DNA of 64,000 bases from Chitinophagaceae bacterium (GCA_947455215.1 CANGNA010000001.1:52800-116799); one strand, 5' to 3'. Shown: positions 1 to 10,530, numbered from the stretch's first letter. Notes: generated by a model not told the origin, from the letters alone. Made by a program: numbers and translations.

Positions 1-887
1 GCTATGGTAAGATTGAAGCTAACAAGCAGGGCAAGCATAACCTCAGCAAAGATGAGATCATCGTGTTAGGCAAGGCTGTAGTGAAGGAAAAGTACGGTAA
101 CCTCTTCGATATGTACGAGAAGATCACCGGCGAAAATCCTTACGAAACACCAATGCGTATATATCCTGCGGTACACTATACAATGGGTGGCCTGTGGGTA
201 GATTATGAGCTGATGACCACAGTTCCTGGTCTGTATGCTTTGGGTGAGGCTAACTTCAGCGATCACGGTGCTAACCGCCTGGGTGCATCTGCGCTCATGC
301 AGGGCCTGGCCGATGGTTACTTCGTTATCCCTTATACATTGGGTAATAACCTGGCCGATGATATCCGCACCAAGGCTATCCCTACTGATCATCCTGCATT
401 CGTAGCTGCTGAGAAAGAAGTAGCAGACCGCATCAATAAGCTGATGAGCATCAAGGGTACCGAAAGCGTGGAAAGCTTCCACAAGCGCCTGGGCAAGATC
501 ATGTGGGACAAGTGCGGTATGGGCCGTAACGCAGAGGGTCTGAAGCAGGCTATCGAAGAGATAAAAGCGCTGCGTAAAGAGTTCTGGAGCAATGTTCGTA
601 TCCCGGGCGATATAGATGGTTTCAATCCTGAGCTGGATAAGGCCGGCAGAGTTGCTGACTTTATTGAACTTGGTGAGCTGATGTGTATCGACGCGCTGAA
701 CCGTAACGAAAGCTGCGGTGGTCACTTCCGCGAGGAGTACCAGACAGAAGACGGCGAAGCACTGCGCGACGATGCTAACTATATGTTCGTATCGGCATGG
801 GAGTACAAGGGCGATAGCCAGTACGAACTGCACAAAGAGCCGCTGAACTACGAAGTGGTGCACCCAAGCTCAAGGTCTTATAAATAA
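1..887 (+). CDS. sdhA: Succinate dehydrogenase/fumarate reductase flavoprotein subunit, 5'-truncated by the window edge
   Basis: Frame open from base 3; motifs [34 protein letters not shown]; followed by sdhB. Confidence 0.97.
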   Translation, partial: YGKIEANKQGKHNLSKDEIIVLGKAVVKEKYGNLFDMYEKITGENPYETPMRIYPAVHYTMGGLWVDYELMTTVPGLYALGEANFSDHGANRLGASALMQGLADGYFVIPYTLGNNLADDIRTKAIPTDHPAFVAAEKEVADRINKLMSIKGTESVESFHKRLGKIMWDKCGMGRNAEGLKQAIEEIKALRKEFWSNVRIPGDIDGFNPELDKAGRVADFIELGELMCIDALNRNESCGGHFREEYQTEDGEALRDDANYMFVSAWEYKGDSQYELHKEPLNYEVVHPSSRSYK

Positions 888-1001
888 TTAACTGATCGGC
901 TCGCAGGGTAGCCCTGCGGCTGATAAAGATATTTGATAACTAAAATAACAGCAACCAGCAAATCGACTCGCTCGACGAGTTGACAATGACCAGGATGGTA
1001 G

Positions 1002-1036
1002 ATTGCCGAATTGTCGAATTGCCGAATTGCCAAATT
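1002..1036 (+). repeat. 8-bp tandem array (ATTGCCGA-like, about 4 units) ending 10 nt before the sdhB ATG
   Basis: attgccga attgtcga attgccga attgccaa att. Confidence 0.8.
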
Positions 1037-1046
1037 TTTTACAGTT

Positions 1047-1829
1047 ATGCAACATTACAATATGAACCTCAACCTTAAGGTTTGGAGGCAGAAGAACAGC
1101 AAAACATCCGGTGCTTTCGAAACATTCAAGGTAAGCAACATCTCTTCGGAAATGTCGTTCCTCGAAATGTTTGATGTGCTTAACGAGCAGCTGGTGGCAG
1201 AAGGCAAAGAACCTGTTGCTTTCGATCACGACTGTCGCGAGGGTATCTGCGGTATGTGCTCTATGCACATCAATGGCCGTGCACATGGTCCTTGGTCAAA
1301 AAATACCACTTGCCAGTTGCACATGCGCGAATACAAGGACGGTGATACGATCGTTGTAGAGCCATGGCGTGCAGACGCTTTCCCGGTTATTAAAGACCTG
1401 GTGGTAGATCGTAGCAGCTTCGACCGCATCATACAGGCTGGTGGTTATATCTCTGTAAACACAGGTAATGCGCAGGACGCTAACGCGCTGCCAATAGAAA
1501 AGCAGCAGGCCGATGACGCATTTGCTGCAGCAGCCTGTATAGGTTGTGGTGCATGTGTGGCAGCTTGTCCTAATGCATCAGCTATGCTGTTCGTATCAGC
1601 TAAGGTGTCTCACCTGGCACTGTTGCCACAGGGCGATCCGGAGCGCAAAACACGTGCATTCAATATGGTGAACCAGATGGACGCTGAAGGTTTCGGTAGC
1701 TGTACCAATATTGGTGCCTGCGAGGCTGAATGCCCTAAGGGTATCTCTCTGGAGAACATCGCCCGCCTCAACCGCGAATATGTTGGCTCTATGTTGTCCG
1801 GCAGCGCTGTAGAAGGTTTGCAGCAATAA
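1047..1829 (+). CDS. sdhB: Succinate dehydrogenase/fumarate reductase iron-sulfur subunit
   Basis: [22 protein letters not shown] and [12 protein letters not shown] Fe-S motifs; ATG 1047 preferred over the TTG at 1011. Confidence 0.97.
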   Translation: MQHYNMNLNLKVWRQKNSKTSGAFETFKVSNISSEMSFLEMFDVLNEQLVAEGKEPVAFDHDCREGICGMCSMHINGRAHGPWSKNTTCQLHMREYKDGDTIVVEPWRADAFPVIKDLVVDRSSFDRIIQAGGYISVNTGNAQDANALPIEKQQADDAFAAAACIGCGACVAACPNASAMLFVSAKVSHLALLPQGDPERKTRAFNMVNQMDAEGFGSCTNIGACEAECPKGISLENIARLNREYVGSMLSGSAVEGLQQ

Positions 1830-1850
1830 TTGTTCAGAATGATCTTATCG

Positions 1851-1892
1851 ACCACATAGGTATCCGGATCCCGGCGCTTATGTGGTTTTTTT
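1851..1892 (+). terminator. Probable intrinsic terminator after sdhB
   Basis: accacatagg...cttatgtggt stem followed by a T run. Confidence 0.6.
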
Positions 1893-2051
1893 GTGTCGTT
1901 TCTGCCACATTATTGGCCTTGTTTACGTAACTGTATCTCAAGCAATGAGTAAATAATTATTTTTCGTTTTATTATTGCAGTCCATTGTTAATTTAGCGCA
2001 CAATAGTGTACATTGTGCTATATTTAAATACCGACTAATTAAGAAAAGACC

Positions 2052-2459
2052 ATGAATGCTGTTGATGCTGGTATGCCCAAGGTTGTGGTTGTAGAAGATG
2101 ATCCTACTATACAGCTGATCGTAAAACGGTCGCTCGAAAAGCGCTTTGAAGTGCAGGCCTACACCAATGGCCTGGATGCACTGGCTTTCCTCCACGAGGG
2201 TAACAATGTAGATATCATCATAGCAGACCTTAACACCCCTGAAATGGGTGGGCTTGAATTGATAGAACAGTTGAAAGCAAGTGGTTTCTTCAGTGGTATC
2301 CCGGTACTGGTGCTTTCCGGCGAGGAGAGTACAGAAAGCCGTATCAAATGCCTGGACTCCGGTGCTGATGATTACGTGGTGAAGCCTTTCAATCCGCGTG
2401 AACTGGAAGCACGCATTAATGCCATACTGAGGCGCACAGGAAAAATCTTACTCAACTAA
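2052..2459 (+). CDS. Single-domain response regulator (receiver only)
   Basis: VVVEDD, IIIADLNTPEMGG, GADDYVVKPF; no output domain. Confidence 0.9.
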   Translation: MNAVDAGMPKVVVVEDDPTIQLIVKRSLEKRFEVQAYTNGLDALAFLHEGNNVDIIIADLNTPEMGGLELIEQLKASGFFSGIPVLVLSGEESTESRIKCLDSGADDYVVKPFNPRELEARINAILRRTGKILLN

Positions 2460-2478
2460 AAGTATCTGTAGGTAGCAT

Positions 2479-3669
2479 ATGCCCGCAAACGAAAATGGTA
2501 TAATAGCATTAATAAATGTTGATGCTGCAACTTACGATATCATCAGCCAATGTAACCTTGGTGGTGCAGAGCTGATGATGTTCAAATCGGGGCTCGAGTT
2601 AAGCCAGAGGTGGGAAAAGCAAGGTCTTCAGCTTAAAGCCATTGTTTCGCAGAGCGAGGTGGTGGCGCCAATGGGCATTTACCTGCTGGAAACACTCCGC
2701 AAGCAGCACAACTTCCCCGATGTTCCTTTTGTACTGCTGGTCAACAACGTTACAGAAAATACCATAAGGCTATGCCTGCAAACAGGTGTTGCCGATATTT
2801 TCAGGTTCCCGCTGAAAAAGAATCGTTTCGAAAAAAGGATGAGCTTCCTGATTGCTAACTGGAACCTGCTGCGCAAGCGCAAGGCAAAGGAGGCAATAAA
2901 AGAATACCAGATACCACTGGCCAAGCGCTTGTTCGATATCTTTTTCTCGGGTCTTGTTTTGCTGTGTTTATCGCCATTCCTGCTCATTCTCATCATTATC
3001 ATGAAGCTGGAATCGAAGGGGCCAATTTTCTATTACTCGCTTCGAGTGGGTACCGGTTATAAGGTCTTCAAATTTTACAAGATCAGGTCTATGTATGTAA
3101 ATGCAGACCAGCGCCTGAAGGAGCTGAAGCACCTGAACCAGTATGCAGCCAGCGATAAGGTAGCCCCCGCACAGGAAATAGAACTGAACAGCCTTTGCGA
3201 TGAATGTGTGAAGAACGGTACCAAGTGCCAGCAACTGATGTACGCCGATGATAAATCGTGGTGCGAAAGGAATTATATAAAAACACGTAAAGCCCTGGCT
3301 GAAAATGCGTTTATTAAGCTGAAGAATGACCCACGTATCACCAGGGTGGGCAAGATCATCCGAAATACCAGTATCGATGAGTTGCCGCAATTGTGGAACG
3401 TGTTCATTGGCGATATGAGCATTGTGGGCAACAGGCCGCTGCCATTATATGAGGCCGAGAAGCTGACCACCGATAAATATGCTCTACGCTTTATGGCCCC
3501 CGCCGGCATCACCGGCCTGTGGCAGGTAGAGAAGCGCGGCAAGGGCGAGATGTCGTCTGAAGAGCGCATGATGCTCGACAATTCCTATGCACTCAATCAT
3601 AGCTTTGTCTACGATATCAAGTTGATATTAAAGACCATCCCCGCGCTATTCCAGAAAGAGAATGTATAA
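2479..3669 (+). CDS. Bacterial sugar transferase (priming phosphoglycosyl transferase) with an N-terminal receiver-like domain
   Basis: C-terminal KRLFDI..., DPRITRVGKIIRNTSIDELPQLWNV.GDMSIVGNRP, GITGLWQV; N-terminal ~130 aa with a REC-like pattern (PFVLL, GVADIFRFP). Confidence 0.88.
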   Translation: MPANENGIIALINVDAATYDIISQCNLGGAELMMFKSGLELSQRWEKQGLQLKAIVSQSEVVAPMGIYLLETLRKQHNFPDVPFVLLVNNVTENTIRLCLQTGVADIFRFPLKKNRFEKRMSFLIANWNLLRKRKAKEAIKEYQIPLAKRLFDIFFSGLVLLCLSPFLLILIIIMKLESKGPIFYYSLRVGTGYKVFKFYKIRSMYVNADQRLKELKHLNQYAASDKVAPAQEIELNSLCDECVKNGTKCQQLMYADDKSWCERNYIKTRKALAENAFIKLKNDPRITRVGKIIRNTSIDELPQLWNVFIGDMSIVGNRPLPLYEAEKLTTDKYALRFMAPAGITGLWQVEKRGKGEMSSEERMMLDNSYALNHSFVYDIKLILKTIPALFQKENV

Positions 3670-3674
3670 GTGTC

Positions 3675-4505
3675 ATGAGACCAGCAAGTACACCCGCATA
3701 CGTTAAGGAGATACTCGGCTATGCCAATGCAGATAAGGTGCAACTGGCTAAGTGTGCCTACGCTCAAACTGATCATACCGCTCCGCTGGTCTCTATAGTG
3801 ATACCGGCGTATAATGAGGAGGAGCATATCCTCAATCCCATTTTATCTATCAGCCGCAACACCACCAATTTTCCGTTCGAGATCATTGTTGTGAATAACA
3901 ATTCTACCGATAAAACCGGCGAACTGGCAGCATCCACAGGTATCACCTGCATACTGGAAACAAAGAAGGGTGTTACAGCAGCCCGCACTGCCGGATTAAT
4001 GGCAGCTAAGGGCAAATACGTCATCAATGCCGATGCAGATTCTATCTACCCCAAAGAATGGATCAATGAATTGATCAGCCCTATGGAGCAGGATGATAAA
4101 GTAGCGCTTGCTTATGGCAGGTTTGCCTTTATGCCCGATAAGATGACCGGCCGCTTCAGCTACTTTCTCTACGAGAACCTGGCAGATTTGCTCCGTTTAT
4201 ACAAGCGTACAATGAAGGATGAAGCCATGAATGTGTATGGCTGTAGCTCTGCATTCCGTAAAGCCGATTGTCTGAAGGTAGATCTGTATGAACATCCGCC
4301 CGGCACAGGCGAAGATGGCTGGCTGGCATTAAAGCTGCGCGACAAAGGTTTTGGCCGCCTGCATTATGTAAGCACCATGAAGGCATTGGTATGGACCATA
4401 GACCGCCACCTGCAGCAGGATGGCGGCTTATGGAAAGCACTTGCCATGCGCGTAAAAGGTGTGTTCTTCGGCTCCGATCCCGATAAGTATCATGTCAAGG
4501 GGTAG
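3675..4505 (+). CDS. Glycosyltransferase family 2
   Basis: SIVIPAYNEE, IVVNNNSTD, DAD motif. Confidence 0.92.
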   Translation: MRPASTPAYVKEILGYANADKVQLAKCAYAQTDHTAPLVSIVIPAYNEEEHILNPILSISRNTTNFPFEIIVVNNNSTDKTGELAASTGITCILETKKGVTAARTAGLMAAKGKYVINADADSIYPKEWINELISPMEQDDKVALAYGRFAFMPDKMTGRFSYFLYENLADLLRLYKRTMKDEAMNVYGCSSAFRKADCLKVDLYEHPPGTGEDGWLALKLRDKGFGRLHYVSTMKALVWTIDRHLQQDGGLWKALAMRVKGVFFGSDPDKYHVKG

Positions 4506-6782
4506 TTACCTCAGCACCGTCAGCTTACTATAATACTTCCTCGCACCGCTGTTCACCACTACCACATACATGCCGTCGGGCAGTGTAGTAATGTCTATTA
4601 TTCCCTTGCTGTCCGTGGTAGCATAGGTATGTTCATTGAGCATCCTGCCCTGCACATCATACAGCAACACCTGCACATTGGTGCCCCCTATGCCGCTCCA
4701 GGCAACGTTCACTGTACTGTTGGCGGGGTTGGGGTATAGGTGCATGATGCCATCCTCCACAACATTGTTCACTGCCAGGTGCTCATCTACTTTATACTTA
4801 TAAAAGTTCAATCCCCCGGCCACGGTGCCTACCACCATTTCCAGGTTGCCGTCGCCGGCTATATCGGCTACAGCTGGCGCACTGCGCAGGTTCCCATATA
4901 CGCCAAGCGGACTGCTGGGATGGTTATATATCAGGAACGTGGAATCAATGAAGGAATACTGCGCATCCAGCAGCGGGTAGTCTATTGTCGTATCGCCGCA
5001 GGCAATGCTGTCATACCGGTATATATTGCCGCTGTTGCTGCCCATCAGCAGGTAGTCCCTGCCCGTACTGTCTATCCTGCCTATAAAGGGCACACTGTAG
5101 CAGCCAAATATCTGGTTGGCATCTGCCTTTACATTGCCCAGCTTCTGGTTCACCAGTTGCAGTTTTATGCTGCCGGGTGTGATGCTGATGTTCTGGTAGT
5201 ATTGCAGGGTGCCATACAGGCTGCCAATTACCAGGTCTTTACGGCCATCCTTATCTATGTCGTAGATAAATGGCGTGGCGCGGCCACCCACGGTTATGGT
5301 GGCGCCTGTGTAGTCTTTAAGGGTCAGCTGCTGCACCTGCCAGTCGGGCTGCACGGTGTCGTAGGCTGCCTGGTTCTTGTAGTAGCTCAGTGTACCATCA
5401 ACATGTCCCAATACCAGGTCGGCTTTACCGTCGTTGTCTATATCGCCGAATGCTACAGCCGTACCGCGGAAATTGGCTGTATCTATACGCATAAAGTCTT
5501 TGCTCTGCAGGGTGAACGATGGATTGCCTGCCGTGCTGGTGTTCTGGTAATAGCTGATGCGGCTCCTGAATGTACCGCCCGGCTGTAGATATCCTTCTGA
5601 ACCTACAAACAGGTCGGGCTTGCCATCTTTGTTGTAATCAAAGAAGGCAGGGTAGGCTGCTGTACCCACGTCTATCGTCTTGTCTATTAAAAACGTGTCT
5701 GACGTAAATTGCCAGTTGGGTGCCCCCGCGGTCGAGTTGTTCTTATAATGCCAGATGCATTTATAATTTTCCGATCCGCTGGCGTTAGGCGATATCAGCA
5801 GGTCCTTTTTGCCATCCTGGTCTATATCTACGTTAAATGCAGCCGGCCATGTGGGCATAGATAGGGTTGTACCGCCCGTCTGCCACATCGTGTCCTGCCA
5901 TATCATGCTGTCTACGCTACCATTCTCTATTCTACCGTTCTTCATAAACGTCATTTCGTTGAAGGATACGCTGCCGTCTAAATAGTCATAGTCGCCGTCC
6001 ATGTCCCAGTCAAACAGGCAGGGCGTATTGCCGGAGTGTGTTGGTTTCTGTGCTTCCCTGTGCAGGCCCGAGTTATCGCAGGTTTGCGCCAGCTGGTGCG
6101 TGCGGTAAAAGCCCTGGTAGGCTTTGCCCCAGCACCTGTCCCATAGTTCCATTCGTAGTGTGTCACATGGTAGCCCCTGTTCTACGCGCATGTTTCGGTA
6201 CCAGTTCAGGTAGCCACCATTTATGTCGTAAGAAACAAAGTCCAGGTCCCCGTCATTGTCTACATCTACTATGGCCGGTATGTCCTGCGGGTTGTTGAAG
6301 GCATTTACCGGCCCGCCCGAGTGAATATCATTGTTGTAGTACACATCCTTGTAAAAGGTAAAGCATAACCTGTTGCTACTGTTGTAAAATCCTTTATAAA
6401 CAGAAAAGCCGGTGCCTCCTTCATGAAACAGGTCGGGTATATTGTCGCAGTTATAATCGGCCAGCACCAGGTAATTATATATTGGTGGAAAGTTGAGCGC
6501 ATATTCAGGCGCATATGTATAAACAGGGGCACCGGCAACGCCCGTATTGATGAATGTCTTTACTCCTTTGAACGGCTCATACACTACCAGGTCTTGCTTG
6601 CCATCGTTATTCAGGTCGCCCATCGTGAACTGCGGATTGTTAAAACCGCCACACCATGCCAGCGTTTGCTCCGTACTACCCACATACACTTTTACCGAAT
6701 TATCGGGGTAATACATTTTTTGTTGGGCAGGGCAATATATTTTAATTAATATTAAATAGATTAAAATAATTATCTTTTTCAT
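4506..6782 (-). CDS. Secreted FG-GAP/VCBS-repeat beta-propeller protein with a T9SS type A C-terminal sorting domain
   Basis: Repeated DxNxDGKxD motifs; C-terminal LYPNPAN...LPDGMYVVVV...KLTVLR; signal peptide from ATG 6782. Confidence 0.88.
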   Translation of the reverse strand: MKKIIILIYLILIKIYCPAQQKMYYPDNSVKVYVGSTEQTLAWCGGFNNPQFTMGDLNNDGKQDLVVYEPFKGVKTFINTGVAGAPVYTYAPEYALNFPPIYNYLVLADYNCDNIPDLFHEGGTGFSVYKGFYNSSNRLCFTFYKDVYYNNDIHSGGPVNAFNNPQDIPAIVDVDNDGDLDFVSYDINGGYLNWYRNMRVEQGLPCDTLRMELWDRCWGKAYQGFYRTHQLAQTCDNSGLHREAQKPTHSGNTPCLFDWDMDGDYDYLDGSVSFNEMTFMKNGRIENGSVDSMIWQDTMWQTGGTTLSMPTWPAAFNVDIDQDGKKDLLISPNASGSENYKCIWHYKNNSTAGAPNWQFTSDTFLIDKTIDVGTAAYPAFFDYNKDGKPDLFVGSEGYLQPGGTFRSRISYYQNTSTAGNPSFTLQSKDFMRIDTANFRGTAVAFGDIDNDGKADLVLGHVDGTLSYYKNQAAYDTVQPDWQVQQLTLKDYTGATITVGGRATPFIYDIDKDGRKDLVIGSLYGTLQYYQNISITPGSIKLQLVNQKLGNVKADANQIFGCYSVPFIGRIDSTGRDYLLMGSNSGNIYRYDSIACGDTTIDYPLLDAQYSFIDSTFLIYNHPSSPLGVYGNLRSAPAVADIAGDGNLEMVVGTVAGGLNFYKYKVDEHLAVNNVVEDGIMHLYPNPANSTVNVAWSGIGGTNVQVLLYDVQGRMLNEHTYATTDSKGIIDITTLPDGMYVVVVNSGARKYYSKLTVLR

Positions 6783-7033
6783 TGTTAGGTACTTATTAAT
6801 TGGCAGCCTATTTATCAACTGTTGCCATTGTATAACGGTAATGTAATATAGTATATTTTTCATTAAATCGCCAAAATGCTTGTACCTACATCTATTTGTG
6901 GGGGTTTTAACGTATTTTATTCGCATTTTCACGTCATCATTTAATCATTTTAAAAGCAAATAATTGTACATTTACAAAAATTATTCATTATTGCATTTGT
7001 TTTTTGTTTGTTATAAAATCATATCTTTACTTA

Positions 7034-8125
7034 ATGATTGACATATCTGATATTTCATCTCTTTTCCCGGCAGCTTCTCTGCAAAACATAAAGAACGACA
7101 TCGCACAAGCTGAAAAACAAGGAAAACTCACCAATAAACAAATACAAACAATTCAGGAGCACGGGCTGCTCAAAGCAATGGTGCCCGGCCAATATGGCGG
7201 AAAACAAATGTCCCTGCCCGAATTGTTGAAGATAGAAGAAGCATTAGCTTATATAGATGGCAGCCTTGGCTGGACGGTCACCTTGTGCAGCGGTGCCGGT
7301 TGGTTCGGCGGATTTCTGAATGAGGAAATTGCTGCGGAATTTCTGTCTGCGAGCAATACCTGCATAGCAGGTAGCGGTTTTATGGGTGGTACTGCCGAGA
7401 TGACCGCTAATGGCTACGTTATTAATGGCAAGTGGTCTTATGCCTCGGGCGCCAATATGGCTACAGCTTTTACGGCCAACTGCCTGGTTACAAAAAATAA
7501 GGTTGCGGTAAAGAACGAGGATGGTACCGATAAAATACTGTCTTTCATTTTTCATAGCAACGAAGTGACGTTGTTAGACGATTGGAATGCATTTGGTATG
7601 GTAGCTACGGCCAGCCATTCGTTCGAGGCAAAAGAGCTGGAGGTGTCCGCTAACAGGTCATTTTCTATGAATGCGCAGCCGGTTGTCAATGCTGCTTTAT
7701 ATCATTTCCCTTTCATGCAGCTGGCAGAATGTACACTCAGCGTCAACATTATTGGTATGGCACTCCATTTTATGGAGCTGTGCAGCACTATGATCGATGG
7801 TAAGAAGCTCACCAATTCGGTAACAGAGCTGCAGGATAAATATAATGGTATGCTCAATAAGCTGCAGACGTCCCGGCAGAAACTGTTCTATGCTGTAGAT
7901 ATGGCGTGGCAGGTTTGCCAGGCCAATAAAGAGATCAGCCCTTCCCTTTTATACAAGGTAACTGCTGCATCAGCTATAGCCGTGTCGGTGGCTAAAGATT
8001 GCGTCAACACATTATACCCGCATTGTGGACTGAAAGCTGCCGATAAAAGATCGGAGATCAACCGCGTGTGGAGAGACATACAAACAGCCGGGCAGCACGG
8101 TATGATCGTATCGCTTGCCGACTAG
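7034..8125 (+). CDS. Acyl-CoA dehydrogenase-fold flavin-dependent oxidoreductase/hydroxylase
   Basis: VPGQYGG, DGSLGWTV, GYVINGKWSYASG, W.AFGMVATASH, RVWRDIQTAGQH. Confidence 0.82.
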   Translation: MIDISDISSLFPAASLQNIKNDIAQAEKQGKLTNKQIQTIQEHGLLKAMVPGQYGGKQMSLPELLKIEEALAYIDGSLGWTVTLCSGAGWFGGFLNEEIAAEFLSASNTCIAGSGFMGGTAEMTANGYVINGKWSYASGANMATAFTANCLVTKNKVAVKNEDGTDKILSFIFHSNEVTLLDDWNAFGMVATASHSFEAKELEVSANRSFSMNAQPVVNAALYHFPFMQLAECTLSVNIIGMALHFMELCSTMIDGKKLTNSVTELQDKYNGMLNKLQTSRQKLFYAVDMAWQVCQANKEISPSLLYKVTAASAIAVSVAKDCVNTLYPHCGLKAADKRSEINRVWRDIQTAGQHGMIVSLAD

Positions 8126-8194
8126 TAGCAGAGATGGCTGTTTATTGGCTATTTTGTGCTACATCCTTGTATTTAGCTACTTTTACAGCCTGTT

Positions 8195-8740
8195 ATGAAA
8201 CTGAAAGGTCTGTTACTGCTCCTCGTGCCCGCTCTGCTGCTACAGTCGTGCATGGAAGACGATATTACCGGCACTGTTAAAGATTGTAAAGCTATTGATG
8301 CTAAAATGGCCGGCTACAAACTGAAGAAGATAGAGATGCCGTATACCAAAGACGAAGGTGGCTCCGTATCTATTTTCACTAACGATGGTAAGCTGGTGCT
8401 CACTACCGATACTGCCTACACCTCATCCGGCACCAGTTCTGCCCGCTACTATTTCGACGCTGGCGACCTGATCTGCGTGATACAGAACGAATATGCCTAC
8501 AACCAGCCTAATTACATGACCCGTGAGCGCGCCGATAGCGCCCACCCTGAATATTTCGATCCATCTAAAACAGTGTTGAAGACCAACAGCTTCTACTTCT
8601 ACAATGGCCACATGGTAAAGTGGATCAATGAGAAGAACGAGACCGTAAACCCCGAGAACAAACGCTTCGACCTGCAACAAGCCATCCTGCAAAAAGACGC
8701 GGAAAAAATAAAGAAAATGGCCCGCGAAGACAGGCAATAA
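8195..8740 (+). CDS. Hypothetical lipoprotein
   Basis: Lipobox LLLQSC; host-like codon usage. Confidence 0.75.
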   Translation: MKLKGLLLLLVPALLLQSCMEDDITGTVKDCKAIDAKMAGYKLKKIEMPYTKDEGGSVSIFTNDGKLVLTTDTAYTSSGTSSARYYFDAGDLICVIQNEYAYNQPNYMTRERADSAHPEYFDPSKTVLKTNSFYFYNGHMVKWINEKNETVNPENKRFDLQQAILQKDAEKIKKMAREDRQ

Positions 8741-8796
8741 GCTACTATAGTGCACACGGTCAGTTCAGCGAAATTTCAGTTTCGTATAGGATTCGA

Positions 8797-8916
8797 CCAC
8801 TTTCCGCCATTGTTGTCGTTCCCGCCAACAATCAGCCCACGGGGCGCTAAACACATGTAGTATCAATCGGTCTGAAAGACCGAAAGATAACAGCCCGGGA
8901 TGCAGTCCCGGAAAAG
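8797..8916. repeat. Composite REP-like element, copy 1 (REP2 hairpin + GGTCTGAAAGACC hairpin + CCCGGGATGCAGTCCCGG hairpin)
   Basis: Direct repeat of 10531-10652; three internal palindromes. Confidence 0.85.
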
Positions 8917-8944
8917 CTCGGTATTTCACTCATAAAGTGGGAGC

Positions 8945-9019
8945 TCCCCTCTTTTATAGCCTATGTGCGTAGCCCAAAGAGGGGACGATATTCGACCAGC
9001 CGCAGGCGTGTTGTCGAAT
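8945..9019. repeat. Further REP-like hairpins (tcccctcttt...aaagagggga; attcgac...gtcgaat)
   Basis: Inverted repeats visible in the sequence. Confidence 0.55.
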
Positions 9020-9130
9020 GTCGGGGGTGATTGGCGCTATGCAAACAATCATTTAAAATATACACAGCAAGTCCTTTTTCATCGCATTGTTTTTACTTAT
9101 CTTTATTAGCGCTTTGGTTTGGGTAATGTT

Positions 9131-9535
9131 ATGCGGTGGTATATAAAAAAGATAGTTTTAATGCTGTTGCTCATCACACCCGGAATAGTAGAAGCCGGCC
9201 CCACATTTGTGTTCAGCGTAGATGATACAAGTAAAATACAATTTGTTCAAACCGACTCTATAATAGTACATACTGTTAAAGGTGACGTGGTACGCACCAT
9301 GAGCCAGGTAATAAAGGATAGTACCTTAGATGCTACACAACCACAGCAAATACTATTAATAAAACGGATACCAATGCGTGCCGGCAGATACATCATTACA
9401 TCTACTGCAGCACACAGGTACAAAGTGCTCGAATTTGTAGTAGATAAAAAGAAGCAGGTAAGTATATTGTCGTCCCTACCCTTCGGAGAGTTCGTAATTG
9501 ATAAACCGGCTCAGATCATATTCAAGGCCAATTGA
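9131..9535 (+). CDS. Hypothetical secreted protein
   Basis: Signal peptide (IVLMLLLITPGIVEA); AT-rich ORF. Confidence 0.6.
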   Translation: MRWYIKKIVLMLLLITPGIVEAGPTFVFSVDDTSKIQFVQTDSIIVHTVKGDVVRTMSQVIKDSTLDATQPQQILLIKRIPMRAGRYIITSTAAHRYKVLEFVVDKKKQVSILSSLPFGEFVIDKPAQIIFKAN

Positions 9536-9563
9536 TAGAATATAAAAAGCAAAATAACTTACT

Positions 9564-10043
9564 ATGAAGATCAGATCACTATTGCTCGCTTTTTTCATTT
9601 TTTGCTCACGGCATACCTGGGCTCAGTATGGAGACAAGTGGGAGGAACGAAAATGTAATTGTGATTCTATACTAAGGGTAATAAAGCAAAAACCTTGTTT
9701 AGGTCTGTCACTCATATCGGATTCAAATTTCATCTATACCATTAATACCTTTTGTCTGGAAGATATTTGTCACTTCTACGCTACTAAGACAAAAATCAGA
9801 CATCTTTACGTGGCACCTATTTGTTACAGCGACGGTTTGAACTATAGTAACATATCCTTTGGCAAGTCATTTTATAAAATGGATATGCTTTTGTGGATGC
9901 GAAAACTAGGCTGCGGCGACTCGACAAAACTACAAAAGAAACATTACGGTGATTTTGACGTAATGGAGCGGAGAGAAATAGATAGAATGTATAACAGCAA
10001 CATGCCAGTAAAGAACTTTGATACAACCATATTATGGAAGTAA
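9564..10043 (+). CDS. Hypothetical secreted Cys-containing protein, paralog A
   Basis: Signal peptide; homologous to the next ORF. Confidence 0.75.
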   Translation: MKIRSLLLAFFIFCSRHTWAQYGDKWEERKCNCDSILRVIKQKPCLGLSLISDSNFIYTINTFCLEDICHFYATKTKIRHLYVAPICYSDGLNYSNISFGKSFYKMDMLLWMRKLGCGDSTKLQKKHYGDFDVMERREIDRMYNSNMPVKNFDTTILWK

Positions 10044-10513
10044 GGGTAGCCACTATACTATGCATTTTCTTTTTCTCATTTGCCTCCGCGCAAACGAAGA
10101 GCAAACAACAGTATCATAAAAAGCTGTGGGATTGCGATTCTCTTATTAAGTCAATTAGAACGAGTCCATGCAATGGTTTGAAGTTATTATCTGACTCAGC
10201 TATTTTTAGCTCACATGTCGATTATATCTGCGCAAGTAATATATGGCAATTTTACGGTCATAGAACCGCTGTTCATCATTATTTTAATTGTGATCCTGTG
10301 CCTGTGGTTTCGTACGAAAGTCTTAATATCGGAAAGTCATTATACAAGATGGATTTGCTGTTTTGGATGCGCCACTACGGTTGTCCTGACTCTGTGGCGC
10401 TGCAAAGCAGACACTATGGTAGCTTTAATAAATATGAATACGAGGATATTATGCAATACTACGATCGTGGTTTCAATATTATCCCAATGGATACAACCAT
10501 CTTATGGCGATAA
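10034..10513 (+). CDS. Hypothetical secreted Cys-containing protein, paralog B
   Basis: Shares CDS, PCxGL, GKSxYKMD, WMRxxGCxDS, HYGxF and DTTILW with paralog A; 10-nt overlap. Confidence 0.75.
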   Translation: MEVRVATILCIFFFSFASAQTKSKQQYHKKLWDCDSLIKSIRTSPCNGLKLLSDSAIFSSHVDYICASNIWQFYGHRTAVHHYFNCDPVPVVSYESLNIGKSLYKMDLLFWMRHYGCPDSVALQSRHYGSFNKYEYEDIMQYYDRGFNIIPMDTTILWR

Positions 10514-10530
10514 AGATATTAATGATCTAG

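Noticed and set aside
6783-6932. N-terminal extension of the FG-GAP protein, and similar extensions predicted for efp, marR, accC and the radical SAM gene
   Set aside because: Downstream ATGs give proper signal peptides or family N-termini and follow TAnnTTTG boxes or A-rich leaders.
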